This document shows, in pieces, positions 1 to 15,400 of a stretch of 64,000 bases of DNA; positions within the stretch are counted from its first letter, which is position 1, and the number at the start of each line of letters is the position of its first letter. The translations under genes were made by a program, and so were the position numbers. The stretch is from Octopus vulgaris. Taxonomy: Eukaryota. The notes beneath the pieces are model-generated. The model ran no database searches, was not told where the DNA came from, and saw only the letters and a program-made list of their open reading frames with translations. Location: contig OX597820.1 of assembly GCA_951406725.2 (NCBI GenBank), positions 80,910,001 to 80,974,000 of the forward strand, given 5' to 3'.

Positions 1-86
1 GAAAACCTTAAGCTACCAAAATATTTTTGATTTGTGATGTTATTAAATCTAATATAGTGTGTATACTGTTATAATATCTTAATTAG

Positions 87-260
87 TTTCTAAACAACCT
101 GAAATTCTACGCGATGAGATCAAAAAGGCAATAAAAGAAAAGGATAAATCAGCTTTAGAGAGTTTGATAAAAACTTTTGAAAATATAAGACTACCTGAAC
201 TCGGTTTGGATCTCAGTCGAGCAAGAGACGTTTTAAGAAATTTAGGTGGTGATTATGAAG
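87..260 (+). CDS. repeat exon 1 (type A, 174 nt)
   Basis: ttag|..|gttagt; [57 protein letters not shown]. Confidence 0.9.
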
Positions 261-1066
261 GTTAGTTACCTTATAATAACAGTATGCGTATACGTTTGAA
301 AACTAGTTAATTTCTATTTATAAATGAGAATTATAATTTTGACTCATAATATTAAAATCAACTGTAAATATTGATGGATAGAAATTTTCTAAAAGAAAAT
401 AATCAATGAACACCCAAACTATCTTGTACTTTATATCTCTTTATAACTATAGATTCATTTCTAGAACATGTTCTTCCTTACAGTTAATATTTCGAAACTG
501 ACTTTATAATAATTTTCATAAGGAAGAAAACTTTTGTTTATCTAAATAGATGCGTGTTTATCCTGATAACTAGTATTTACTTTTTTTATGTATTAGTTAC
601 TATTAATAGTTTTCATATTTAGTGGTGATATTTAAACCATTTCAATTAATAGGGAACGTTTCTGTGAAATCTCTACGTGAAAAATTGCAAAAGGCGATGA
701 AATCTAAAGATAGACGTTTGCTAGATTCCGTCATAAGAGAAACTGTGGTCGCAGGCATTCCAGAATTAGAAACAGACTTACAACAGGCTAGAAACCTGTC
801 TGATATTCTTTCAGGTGGCAGTGGAGGTCAGCATTTGGATTAGTGTTCTGTTTTATAATCGTATCTTACTGGAACATGTTTATAACATAAATAACAATTA
901 TTATTTTCTCGATATAAAGCAAAATGTCTTTTTAAAACCCTGCTAAGATTTGAACTTAAATTTAATTTTATATCATGTTAACATATTGGTGTTATCTGGC
1001 AATATTGTGCCACATTCTAAACTTTTACATAAAATATACTAAAATAGGTACTTGTTTCAAATTATT

Positions 1067-1131
<65 letters not shown>

Positions 1132-1208
1132 GGCATTATTATACATACATGCCTCACGCTGATAATTTCTTGTTAAGATTCCTTATTAAGAAGTTATCCT
1201 TAATTGTT

Positions 1209-1259
<51 letters not shown>

Positions 1260-2444
1260 TAAACCTTTTTTCCGATTAGATAAAAAGTCTCCTGCCTATT
1301 TGCGCAACCTATTATCAAGAGGTATCAGACAGAAAAATGCATCATGTTTACAAGAGGCTATTAATGAATGCGAAGCAGCTAAATATCCGGAATTATCCTT
1401 TGATCTGCGCAAAGCCAGAGACGTTTTAGAACAACTCACTGGACATCGTAGAGGTTTGCATCTTCTTGCACTCTTGTTGCGTGCAGACAAAGTGGCTAGA
1501 TATCGACAAATTTATAAATTCTCGCTTTTTTTACGAGTTTAAAATATTCGTTTATTTCATATCAGTAAACATTTTATGATTTCATAAAATATAATCGAAA
1601 CATAGATTAATAAAAACAGACTTTAGATATCAATATTTAAATTACAATAACGCGACAAGTTACAAATGTTCTCTCTTTTTTTGCTCAGAAATGTAAATAA
1701 CAATTGCACGTTATTGATGGCTTCTGTTTCGATGAATGCATATGCATATAATTCTATTTATTTGTATCTTTCTCAGTTCATATATAATATGTGCGCGTGT
1801 GTGTGTTGATGTGTATATACTTATATATTGTTAGTGTGGAATAGAACATCGTATTATAATTGTGTCATGTTTACAATATTTCAAGCACAAATTTCTGTGC
1901 AACTGGAGCATGCTTAGTGAAGTGATTGTGAGAATCCATTAATACCAGCCAAATTTTGATTACTAGGAACACTGACACCTGAGTCTTTACGAGAAAAGTT
2001 GAGGGAGGCAGCTGCCACAATGGATCAAGACGAATTGGACAATGTAATAATGGAGTGTATAGCTGCAGGTCTGCCAGAATTGGATGCTGATATAGAAAAG
2101 GCTCGGCAAATCTCTCAGGATTTAGAAATGCAACGACACAGAGGTCAGATTGAAACTAAATCGAGAATTTACTTTCGTTTACACAACGACTTTAGTTTTA
2201 AGACTGATACTTATGTTTAAAAAATGTAGCTTCACTTTAATCATAATTATTTTAGTCTTTTATAGCCTTTCTTAACATTTTTCCTTTGTGTAAATAATTG
2301 AACAACTGATAGCAGATGATTTCATATTTTGTCAATTTATATATCGATATGTTATGATTTCACGTTATCTTATAATAGTTTTATAGTTTTATCAAACTAT
2401 ATTGTTTTAACTTTTTAATCAATCTTTTATCTATTTCTTCCCCT

Positions 2445-2517
<73 letters not shown>

Positions 2518-4757
2518 CTATTTGGTCGCACAACTCCATACGTACACACGTATACATATGTGTGCGCGCATGTGTATCTTTAATCTTACCGTTTCTTCTT
2601 TCGATGTTCAGACATACAATCTCCAGATTCATTGCGAAAGCAACTGGCACTTGCAATGAAACAAAAAGATGCCGGTAGCCTTGAAAAACTAATTGATGAA
2701 TGTGAGGAAACAGGTTATCCTGAATTAGGTTCCGATTTGCGCAAAGCCAGAATTACGTTGGAAAGTTTAGGTGGAGGACGTGGAGGTTAGATCTCAACTT
2801 GTTTTAATTTTATCTTAGTTTCTATATCTAAGTACTTTCTATTTCGTTGTATTCCGATTGAGTAATTCTTGGTTGTTGAATTTCCTATAAGCAATTATTC
2901 ACTTCTTTATTATTAACTTTATTATTCAATTTAGCTATTCATATTGGAGTTCTTTGAGATTTTCCCCACTTCTGAAACATATGTCAATACATATAAAACA
3001 GATTCCATCCTGTGATTTTTTAAAAAGTTTTTTTCTTATTGAATTGTAAAATATTAGAATTCTTAATGACTAGCTAATGCATATTAGAATCATCAAATAT
3101 AGTGACGTACATTAAATATCTTGCTATATTACTTGAATAAATGCTGTTAAATTTTGGTTATCAGGAATAATGTCACCTGATTATCTACGAGACAAACTAA
3201 AGTCTGCAATGGAGACTAAAGACAAAGAAGCTTTGGACAGAGCTATTCGCACGAGTATTGCAGCAGGAATGCCTGATTTGGAAGTTGATATACAAGAAGC
3301 TAGACGAATGTCTGATATCCTAGCTGGTGGTGATGGAGGTTAGACTCAATGTGTTTATCCTTCGCATGCTGCCTGGTTTTAGTAGATTTCCATAGAAAAT
3401 CTATTAGAACTTAGAGTAGTTGCAAGTTTAGTAGTTAATTTTATTCATATTTAATTAATTTTTTTTATCACACAATTTACATATTATTGATATTGATTTT
3501 TCCTTACAACTTATTTAGTTACAATTTGTATATTTTCTCTGTATAAACGTCAAAAGAGTGAGCTCCAACGATTATTCGAATGGATGCGATAAATGTTTTC
3601 GACCTAACGTAGTTACTCTTAAACGGTAATATAGCTCTGATTTTCGAGCAATGATATAAAATCGATTCAAAGTTTTATTAGTAATGAGATTGAAAATGTC
3701 AAATAATTACAAAAGTAATAAAGTAATTTAGAAGATGATATAAAATAAGGTTGATGATGATGGTGATGAGGTTAATGTAAGAATCGATCATGATGATGAC
3801 AACGTTGATGATTATATGATTAAAACTTAAACAAGAAACTATTTAAAGGATGTTTTCTTTTTTCTAAATGTTTGTATAGAGAGGGAATGTCCATTTTATT
3901 TACGAGATAATTTGGCCAAAGCTATCCGAAGCAAAGATCCACAGGCGTTGAATGATGCTATCAAAAGCTGTGAAGAAGCCGGATATCCAGAGCTTGGTTC
4001 GGATGTTCGTAAAGCAAGGGATGTTCTTGAAAGTCTTGGAGGTGGTCGTGGAGGTTAGAAGTTACAAAAAAATATTTTCTACTTTTCGCATGGCCACAGT
4101 AGTTCAAGAAGCAAAATGTGATGTAATTTACAATAAAAAAATTGTAGAATCGATAGTCGCTGGATAAAAGATATAAAAGAAAACTTTATTTATGTCCTGC
4201 ATGCTAACCTGCCGAGATCGATGATGCTTTTATCCTTCCAGGATTGAAAACATTAGTGCTTGTCAAATACAGAACTCGATCTAATTGTAGTTGGTAGTAT
4301 TTTGAGTCACGTGTGCATATAATGTATATGATCGATTTGTTTTCTAAACCTTGTTGTCACTATATATTTTTCCGTTAGGAACAAAATCTCCTCTTCAACT
4401 AGAAGAAAATTTAATAACTGCTATGAACGAGGGAGACAAAGAAAAATTAGAACGTGCCATAAATGAAAGCATCGCTGCTGGAATGCCTGAACTTGACAAC
4501 ACTATAACTGAAGCTAGAAACATTCTAGGTGCATTAAAGGAATCGCAGGAAAGAGGTTTGAACCTCCACTCAATTTTAAGATATACGTAGATTAGTAAAA
4601 GAAAAAAGAATTGTCGACTTTCATGAATGCATGCATGCATGTATACATACACGCACACTCTCACACACGCACAGAGGCACACACATTCGCACATAGACAC
4701 ACACAAGCATATGTATGAGTATATACATACTATCCATCTATCTATGTGTATATATGC

Positions 4758-4799
<42 letters not shown>

Positions 4800-5135
4800 A
4801 TGTATGTATGTATGTATGTATGTATGTATGTTGTATGTATGTATGTATGTATGTATAAAAGATACAAAGAGTTTTCGTCAGGATGACTCAAACCAATACG
4901 TTTGCACTCTGAGTACTCAAATCAAATAGGTATGCAAAAATGCGAGCAAGTTACCTAATAAAACAGTTGAAGAAGGAGAAGAGTACGAGAACAGGACAAC
5001 GGCTGAAACGTTGTGGTCAAACAACCGAGATATGGATATTAATCTGAATACATACACACATTCATATTTATATATATATTCACATACACATGTGCATACA
5101 CACGCGTACACACTCATACACAAACACTTATACAT

Positions 5136-5183
<48 letters not shown>

Positions 5184-5654
5184 TGTTAGAAAATAAATTA
5201 ATTTTGATTTCAGAAGTAATTCATACCTCATTTACAAACGAATCTATTATTTTTTTATTGCGAGAGATGTGTAATCATAATTTGAAAGAATTATTATTAT
5301 ACTCTGTCAGTGGTTTGATAGAATTTTTATTATATTCTTTCTTTGGTTTTACATTAGTGCCTAAATCTGCTGAGAACTTACGTGAGGAACTGAAAAAAGC
5401 ACTAAGAGAGAAAGACAAAGCCGAACTGGAAAGATTAATTATAGAATGTGAGGCAGCACAGTTAGCCGAACTCGGTCTAGATCTACGGAAGGCTAGACGA
5501 ACGTTGCAAATTTTAGGCGGTGGTCACGGAGGTTAGCGATCAACAGCTACAAATATGCGCAATTCTGAACATATACATGCAAACAAAAATGCGTATATCC
5601 ATGAATGTATATCTATGTATGTATGTATATATGTATATGTGCATATACATACAT

Positions 5655-5752
<98 letters not shown>

Positions 5753-6187
5753 GTTCTTCACTCATTTATTACTGTTCTTATTTTATGTAATCTCCATTGT
5801 CCAGAAATCTTTCGTCACACATATGTAGCCTCTTCAACGACCCTTCCCATCCACGTGCATCCTTCTGCTTCACTTAATGTGCATATATATATATATATAT
5901 ATACAATAAAAATGGTAAATAATTTTCCTGTGGTTTTTCATGTAACCAACAATTATTTACCGGTAAATTTCGGTATGTAAATACGACAAAATAATTGTCA
6001 AGACCTTTGTAAGGTTCAGTATATAGTAAAGAAAAATAAGTTGGCTAGCAGCGAGCTGTTTCGCCTCATACCGAAGGAATTAGAAATGGCAGTCAAAGAC
6101 CCTTTTTTCCATTTCTATAAGTGGAGATTCCACTAATTCCTTCGGTATGAGGCGAAACAGCTCGCTGCTAGCCAACTTATTTTTCTT

Positions 6188-6250
<63 letters not shown>

Positions 6251-6765
6251 ACATGATATTAAAGATTCAGTTCATAAAATGACCCTAAAATATACCTGCT
6301 GCAATGTGTTATAATAATTATGCTTTATAGTTAATTTTCGTACAAACTAAATGCAGATGTTTTATATATATAATTTCCGATTTTGAAAATACATACACAA
6401 TCCCATACATTTGTACTGAATATATATATATAATTTTTTTCGTGATGAGATAAAAAAACAACGCTGTGTAGATTTTAGAACATTTATAGATAGGTCTTAT
6501 AGGTGTTTCCAGGATATTTATTATATCCCTTCATCGGAGACGGTGTGAGAGAATGGTTAAGTAATAGTTAATTTAGATAAGCGTTGGGTTTTTTTTTATC
6601 TAATTACGAAAAAATTTTTTTACATACACACGCTGACATATGACCAACGTTCAACCCCTTATTTGCATAATCACCGAACCTGGAACTCAGCTACGGTCTA
6701 CCAATAGCACTTATTCAGCATTACCTGATATCTTTGGGTCTCAATGACACCATTACGTCTCATAA

Positions 6766-6802
<37 letters not shown>

Positions 6803-7958
6803 TGTTAAATTATGCTTATAATTATATTATACTATATATACTTCTATTAAAACTGCAAAATAATCACAAACCGTTCCATTAGTGATATATATATACACCC
6901 CTTTCTCCATACATCAAATCATATAAAAAGTTTAACACTGTTCTCACTTCAGTCATAGCCAATTTTTGTAATATTAATATTTATCAAATTTCTGCTGATT
7001 AACGTTCAATAAAATAAATTTGTTTGATTAATTACGTGCCTTCAAAAGCGTAACGATGCAAATTAGACTATCAACGTATATCCTAGCCAATTTATGACTG
7101 CGTTTTATAGTATCCTAATATTCAATGCTGCTGATTGAGGAAGGAAGCCGAGTACTTCTCTGACGTATGACTAACAAGTCGTGGAACAGTCGGTCGGAGT
7201 TTCGCCCTACTTTTCTTCAGTTTATGGGGATCCCCAAAAACTGATAATGATATGAATATAATATAATGCACAGATAAATAAATGGAATTAAATAACTATA
7301 TACATTAACAAATTAAATTAAATACAAAAAGAACAGAAAAAATAAGCAGATATAAACAGATGAACAAAATAAATAAAAGCGAATTAAACGAACATGTATA
7401 AACATTTGTAAAAGAATATAATAAAGTATGAATATAGTAAGAATATTATAAAATATTAAGGTTGCAACAACCAATTATTTTAAAGATTATCTGCATTAAT
7501 TTTCATCCCGTAGGATCAATGAGTCCAGATACCTTAAGGAAAAAACTAAATGATGCAATGAAATTAAAAGATAAAATTACTTTGAATAAAGCCATTCGCG
7601 AGTGTGTAATTGCTGGATTTCCCGAAATGGATGCTGACATACAACAAGCCAGAGATGTAGCAGATAAACTTGGTGGTGGCACAGGAGGTTAGAACAATTA
7701 TTTCAACCCGACTAAGAAACATAATTAAGAAATTTAGTATTTTATAAATATAAATAGAGTAAAATTTATATCTTATTTGCTTTATGTTTTTATGATTATA
7801 TTTGCAATAATACAGTGCTATCGCAGCGATCTTATTCTGTACAAAGCCTTCTAAATCGATAATTTCGGTGTGGGGATGTGTAGTCTAGGGTGTGTCAATG
7901 TAACAAAATATAATATAAATATATTATATGCACGCGTACATATAATACATGTGTGTTT

Positions 7959-8017
<59 letters not shown>

Positions 8018-10734
8018 TGTGTGTAAAACAAAGGAATGCAGTTTGACCTGGTAATTATTGAAAATGTTACATCAATTATCATGTTAGATTATACAAATAA
8101 AAATAAATTTAATGAGAAAGTGTGTGTCCTAGAAGATTATAATAATCAATTAAATAGCAAGTAATCACACTATCAGAGAAACACCCAAGCGGAGGGATAT
8201 GAAAATGTGTCATATTAGTTCTCATTCGTTAGAATTATTGTAATAGATCTAACGCCAAGAAGACTGAATTACAGATTTAGGGAACTAAACATTTATTGTA
8301 TTCACACATTTTTAGTGGAGAGATAAGCAATCTAAGAGATGGATAAGCAATCTAAGATGGATTCAAAGAGGTGACAGTTTCCTACATTATTCTTGGAAGT
8401 GATTTTATAACATCGCGTGCTGGAATAATAGTTACCATTTCCAGTGAGTTGCATCGCTACATCTATACGTTTGTGGATGTATTCCAATACCCTTAGCCAT
8501 ATTTACAATGCTGTCCACTGCAATATATCAGATGTTTTCGGCATATCTGGCCCTAGGTAAAACCGTTTTAGCCCGCATTTTTGGAGAGAATCTTTTTTTT
8601 TTTTTGGAAAGTTTGGAAATTCTAGATGAAAGAGCCCTAATGATAGACTTCATTACTGCTATAAATGATTGGAATATCTGTAAACGTATTGCAGGTTTTC
8701 GTTGTGTTTGTGATGCGAACGATAAAAACTTGTGTTAAATTCAAAAGTTACATCCTTAAAGTTAGCTACCTTACCCAAACATAAAAGATATTGTTAATTT
8801 CTGGATAAAAATTCTAAGCATTCTCTATCCCTCTCTAGTACTGCGTTACTACATTTACGGAAAGTAAGAAGATCCTCATTCTTACAGAGATCTTCTTCAT
8901 TTTCAGGGAACTACCTTTTAATTCAAAATAAAAATGTGATCAGTAACTTGTGCTGAGTTACTTGATCCTATAGTTATGTCAAAGTTGTTAAGCCAGCTCT
9001 TTCTACTCTAATGTTTACCTTTGAATTCCATAACTGTATTCGTAGCCACTAATATCAAGACTTCCTGTCTGGGGAAGTTCTTCATACTGAAAATAAGTAT
9101 TTTGTCGAGGAAAGTTTGAGTAATAGATGAGCTCTGGCAAGAAATGTCTATTTTAAAAAATGTAATATTAACCTTATGATTTATGCCTTTAAACCAAATA
9201 ATTACTTCTAAAGTGTTAGACGATAAGTTCAACACACGTTTTCAGTACATGTATAATTCTGTCAAATATCTGTATACTTATTTTTTGACGTCTAACATTA
9301 AGGGACAAATTAGCCTAACAGAAAGATTTTTCACAAAGTCGTGTTTATGGTACTTCACGTTTATGCAAGTTGTCTTAGGCAAATAAGGATAAGTTCGATC
9401 TTCTATGTAAAGTGGCTGACAGTCCTACGTCTCACAAAGTTGGTATTATCAAAATTTGATTCAAAAGTTACTTTATAATCTCTGCTCCGTGAAGCTCCTT
9501 TCTAATTAGATTTTTGTAAGAGTCACTTTTAAGTTTATACAAATTATCAGTTTAATTTGGGTGTGCACGAATCTCAGATAATGAAGTTTTATTAAGACAT
9601 TCGGTTTTCCTAACTTTTCATTAAACCGTAGAGTGTGGAGTTTGAATTTCATGTATCTAATTAGATTTATCAGTTCATCTTCATGTCCTGCTAGATAAGG
9701 TGAGTTCCTATAGGATTTGAACTCTCGTTTTATTCCATGATAAAAACTAACCGGTTCATTACTCAGATTATTGCGGTTAAAATAAACCCTCCAATGCATC
9801 CGACGTATAAAGTAGCTAGTTTTGGGATAAATGATTTTGTACACTTCGTTCTACTTAGCATACGGATATTCTCATGTGGTACGCTTACGCAAAATTTCTC
9901 CATTCCATTGGTAATCCGTCGTCAGCACTCATATAGATAGAAGAGTGGAGCAATAGAGTAAGAGGACAGGGATTTAAGATATCTAGACTAGACTGTAAAG
10001 GTAAGAACTTTTGTATTAGTATGCAGTTAATCTAAAATAGTTATTCGATGCAAATGTAAAACCAGAGAAACGCACTGGTTATGAGAATAGGGTACCCATC
10101 GTATAGTATAAATGTAGACGTACAAAGGAATGCAGATGAGAGTACTACATTTATTAATAAATAACTGTCGTTTCGATAATTAGTAGAGATATATCAATTA
10201 CCATTTCAGGTTATATAAATAAAAACTTAATGTAAAACCATACGATATTAAATGAAACTTTTAACCAATCATTTCATCAGATTTGGTGTAAATGGAACAA
10301 CAACGTACATAGCTGAATTGGTTAAATAAATATGTAGGGGTAACAATATCGTAGTAATGAAGTAGTAAGTTGTTAGAGAAACAACTAAGCAGGGGACTGT
10401 GAGGACAAAGAGTCATATTAGGTCCCATTCATTAGATCTATTGCAATAGATTACACGCCAGGGATAATAACTGACAGATTTAGGAAACTAAAGATTCATT
10501 ATATACACATAATAATAGATAAGCTGACTAAAGGATAGGTTGGAGCTATTGGGGGAAATCATTTATAAGGTTCAAAAGGATGAGAAAGTAATTGTAATAA
10601 AAATACGAAATATAGCTATTAGGCTGTCCACCCGAATTATTATTGAATCAGAGTTGATTTGAAATTGAATAAAAGATATTAAAATGTAGAATTATCTGTG
10701 ATAAAGCTAGAGTAACACAAACCCTATCCTCTTA

Positions 10735-10778
<44 letters not shown>

Positions 10779-11169
10779 TCAGACTCTCACGCGCATATCT
10801 ATATGACTAGTTTGTATGTGTTCTTGATGGTGACAAGTTTATAAGAAAGCCACTGCTTTACAAGGTCCGTAACAAGGCCATCGGGCGAAGCAAAATATAT
10901 TTTGTCGGACTCACGGTCATGGATTAAACTTAAATATGTATCTATGCATCTATATAAATGTATGTGTACGTACGTGTGTGTTTCTGCGTGTGATACATAT
11001 AGAATTGTGACTAAAATTCTTTGACAACATCAATATATATTGTTAATATTTATGTACACTATAGTGAAAACACGAAAATAGCCTTACATTCAATAAATGC
11101 TTTGCAAAATAAATGAAAACCTAAGCTTATGTAAAGTCTCAAATTTCTTCTGATAATATTAAAGTAGCT

Positions 11170-11234
<65 letters not shown>

Positions 11235-11249
11235 ATGATAATTTACATC

Positions 11250-11281
<32 letters not shown>

Positions 11282-12360
11282 TATTACCATCAAGGCGACG
11301 AGTTGGCAGAATCGTTAGCATGCCGGGCAAATTGTTTAATGGCATTTCGTCCATCTTTACCTTCTGAGTTCAAATTTCGCCGAAGTCCACTCTCCCTTTC
11401 ATTCTTTCGGGAATGATAAAATTGAGCACGAAGGTCGATGTAATCGACTTATCAGATCTTTTCTATTTGGCTGCAAATATTTAATCTCTTCAATTCCTGC
11501 TCGAATTGATTTCATATTTGGTCTAATGATATGGCTTTATTTTCGCAATAAATCAATAATTGAACTGTTATTAGCTTTTAAAGTTTGAAAATTTTGGGTA
11601 ATTTTAGCTAATGGTAAGCCACAGACACATTCATGCCTGTTTCCATAGTAACACACCAAACATGGGAACTCTTTTGTTTGCGACTAAGAGGAATATATTC
11701 TATGCACACGTGTTGACAAATATATTTTACGCGAAACCACGCATGAATTCCCACGTTTAGAATACAAATTCGCAAACGTTTTTTGAAAATTCCAAAAAAT
11801 AAATAAGTCATGAGGGGTTATATGTCGTGCATAATTCATTTGTTTACAGTTTCATATATAAACACGTGCCATTTTCGGAATATTGACAACACGTGCAATT
11901 TTCAGGATGTTGATAAAATGTGCAGTCACACAAAATGACAGCTTCCAAATCCTGTTTTATGACTGGGTGAAAATTTCACTTTTTCCAGAAAATTTTTAGA
12001 ATTTCTCCTAATTACAGTAATGTACAAACTTTTAAAATTTTCAATAAACTCTAAGTATTCGAAAATTGGCAGCTAATCAGAAAAGATCCAACTTATCCCC
12101 TCCCCGAATTTTGCTTGCCTTGTGCCAAAATTTGGAATCGCTAGCGCGCCGGGCAAAATTCTTAGCGGTATCTCGTCTGTCTTGACGTTCTGAGTTCAAA
12201 TTCCGTCGAGGTCGACTATGCCTTTCATCCTTTCGGGGTCGATGAAATAAGTACCAGTGAAACACCGGGGTCGATAAAATCGACTAGTCCCCTCCCCCAA
12301 AATTTCAGGCTTTCTGCCTATAGCAGAAAGAATTACTATTATTATTATCATCATCACCAG

Positions 12361-12403
<43 letters not shown>

Positions 12404-15400
12404 TTCATCATCATCTATGAATAATTTCTGAAAAAATTATTTAATGTTTGCCTCCAGTGTAAGTTCATAATGATATTTTCTCAACCACTCTTCTAACAGA
12501 CAAAAAGTCTCCAATTTTTCTCCGCAACCAATTATTAAGAGACATGAGAAAGAAAGATCCTGAAAATTTGAAAAAATCCATACAAGAATGTGAGGATGCT
12601 GGATACCCTGAATTGGCATCTGACCTCCGTAAAGCAAGAGATGCCCTCGAAAGTCTCGGAGGTGGCCGCGGAGGTTAGCCTGGAGTTAAACATTCCATGT
12701 CTAAATAAATTTCTTTCATCAGTAGTTAGTTCTTGTAATGTTTAAACAGAGTACAGTTTTTAACTACAGATTAAAGCCATAAAAAGAATTTTTAAAGCCA
12801 TTTCTAAGATTTTGTCTTTCAAAATTATATTATTATTATATGACATATTTTAGGAATTTTCCTATTTCTCAATTTCTGTATTGTTGGAATGTAAACAATA
12901 AGATGTACTTGGATAATGTTTTAGGAATATTATCCCCTTTCGCCCTTCGTGAGGAACTGCAAAAAGCAGTTATGGAAGGCACCATAGACGATATTGAGGA
13001 AATTCTTGATAAATGCATTGCTGCTGGAATGCCGGAATTGGACTCTGATATAGAACATGCCAGAAGCAAACTGGATGAACGACGAAAATATGAAGGTTCG
13101 AAAGTTGATATTGAGCAATTTTTTCTCAGTAATGCCATCATTTTTACGAGACATTTTCTCCTTCGTGATAAAAATCATTGAATAACGTGAGCTACATCAT
13201 AATTTCTTTGATATTTTAAAAAAAGTTGTATAAAGGTGGTATACGTATATTATATGTACGTAAAGCTTTCAAAATTCGTACAATTGTTGAATATTACTGT
13301 AGTTCTAGTAGTTTTAAATATATACTTTTATTGCTTATTAATTTTGTTATTAAATTTTGCTTTGATTCTAAAAATGAAAGGTGAATTTATTGTTATGCTA
13401 ATGGCCTAATGAAATCCAAATCTATTTCGTTCTTATATGTAGCTTCTCCAGATGCATTGCGTAGAGAATTACAGAAAGCAGTTGAAGCTGGAAACACGGC
13501 TGCTTTGGAGAAAGTTATTAGTCAATGTGAAGATGCCGGTCATCCAGAATTGAGTTCTGATTTGCGAAATGCAAGAGATATTCTAGAGAGCTTAAGTGAT
13601 GGTCGTGGAGGTTAGATTTTTATTTCAATCACGTAGATGTATAGTAGTAAGCATGTAAATGTATAATACTTTTACAAGCGATTACAAACGAGATGCATTT
13701 CAGTATATTGCACGAGAAATCTATTCCCCGTTGGTTTTAGTGGGTTCCAAATTTCATATTGTGTTTGTGCCAATAACATTATTGTAGCTCAATGATCTTC
13801 ATCCTCTTTTAAGATGCTGATGTTTCCAAAATATAACATCGAATATGGCCTGGTGTGAAGCCCGATATCAGTGATTAGCAAAATTTACTTGACTTTGAGC
13901 AAAAAATGAAAGATGTCTGCAAGTCTCTTCTTTCTTCTTGTGCTCACATCATGAGACATTTTGATCTCACATGAGAAACTTTTGATCTATCATGAGAAAC
14001 ATGGCGTACTTGCTATCACAGTATCTTTGTCCATGTTTCGGTTTTATAATATGATTTATGATATGAAATACATAATTATATAATTCAATGAATTATGATT
14101 CTGCAACAGCGGCGCATTTCTTGATTAATCTATGTTGCAAACCTACTTTTAATTGCTATTTTAGGGGTTACACTAATCTCTAATAGTATTTGAGAGTGAT
14201 ATGAATAAATTTTAACTTTATTATTGATAGGACCGTGTTGTGATTACTGTTCCTAGTTGTCTAAAAATTTAACTGATAAATGATTAGCAGTATGAAAAGT
14301 ATCTTAATAAAGGAAACTTCATATCCAGACATGCATTAATAAATTGATAGTAAATATGAAAATACAAAACAAAATGTACTTGGGGATTTGAAATCATTAT
14401 ATTCATTTGAAACCCTTGCATTTCTAATTCATTTCTGAGTTTTAAAGGGAGTTCCATTTTATGTAAATGAATGACATAAGCTCTTTTATCATATCAAGAA
14501 GTTTATATTCTGATGATTCCGAGGAAAATTAAAAGAGATTATAAAAAATGATGGCAAAGAATCTTTGGAAAAAAGTACTCTAGAATGTGTTGCTGTTTGA
14601 ATAACTGAACTCGAGGCAGTGTTGGTGACGTCGTATGCAAAAACGGATCTTTCACATCCTAGTTTCAAGAGATGCCTCTCGAAATCTCTAACCTCTGTCA
14701 GTGTGTCTTATGGTTGTCATGTACAGAAATGGAGAGAGCGGGGAGCATTGAAGAACCGAACACATAGTACTGAAATATCCCGACAGGTGTCCAGTCACTC
14801 TGATCATCATCAGCCAGCCATCATTTCCTGTATTTTGCCAGCTGTTATCAGCCTTTCGCAGGACTCTGTATTCTTATCGAGAGTCGCAATAGGCCGTCAA
14901 TATCGGTGGTGAAGGACACTTCCGTTTACAATTCGACATCTACTCCAAATTTTTGAGCAGAGTGTCACTGAAAAGCCGCTTACACCTAGTTCAATAGACA
15001 TTTCCTTCACTACTTTTCACGTCGAGGACCACCATTTTCCCATCTGGGTTCTGGAAGATCCATCTGTATCTGAAGGCTGGTGCCTTTCTGGAGCAGCACC
15101 ATCATCCATATTTCCTTTCCATACCAAATAAGATGCAAAGATCTGAAAAACACCTTCACCCAGCTAAAACGATAATGATAACGATAATGATGGTGGTGGT
15201 GCTGGTGGTGGTGGATAGGTTTGGGGTGTTAGAGCAAGTGATAGTAATGGCAATAATATTAACAACAAAAACAACATTGACCTCAATAGGGACGCTGCAC
15301 AGCATGTAATTTGTGCAGTAGAGAATCCATTCATATATTACGCTAGAAGAATGCTGTCCTTAATAAACAGTTTGATGTAATCACATTCTGTCGGTATACA

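Noticed and set aside
14620-15170. GC-richer intronic segment with minus-strand ..IELGVSGF.. resembling a REL-endonuclease LINE tail
   Set aside because: Only one weak motif, too degraded to call
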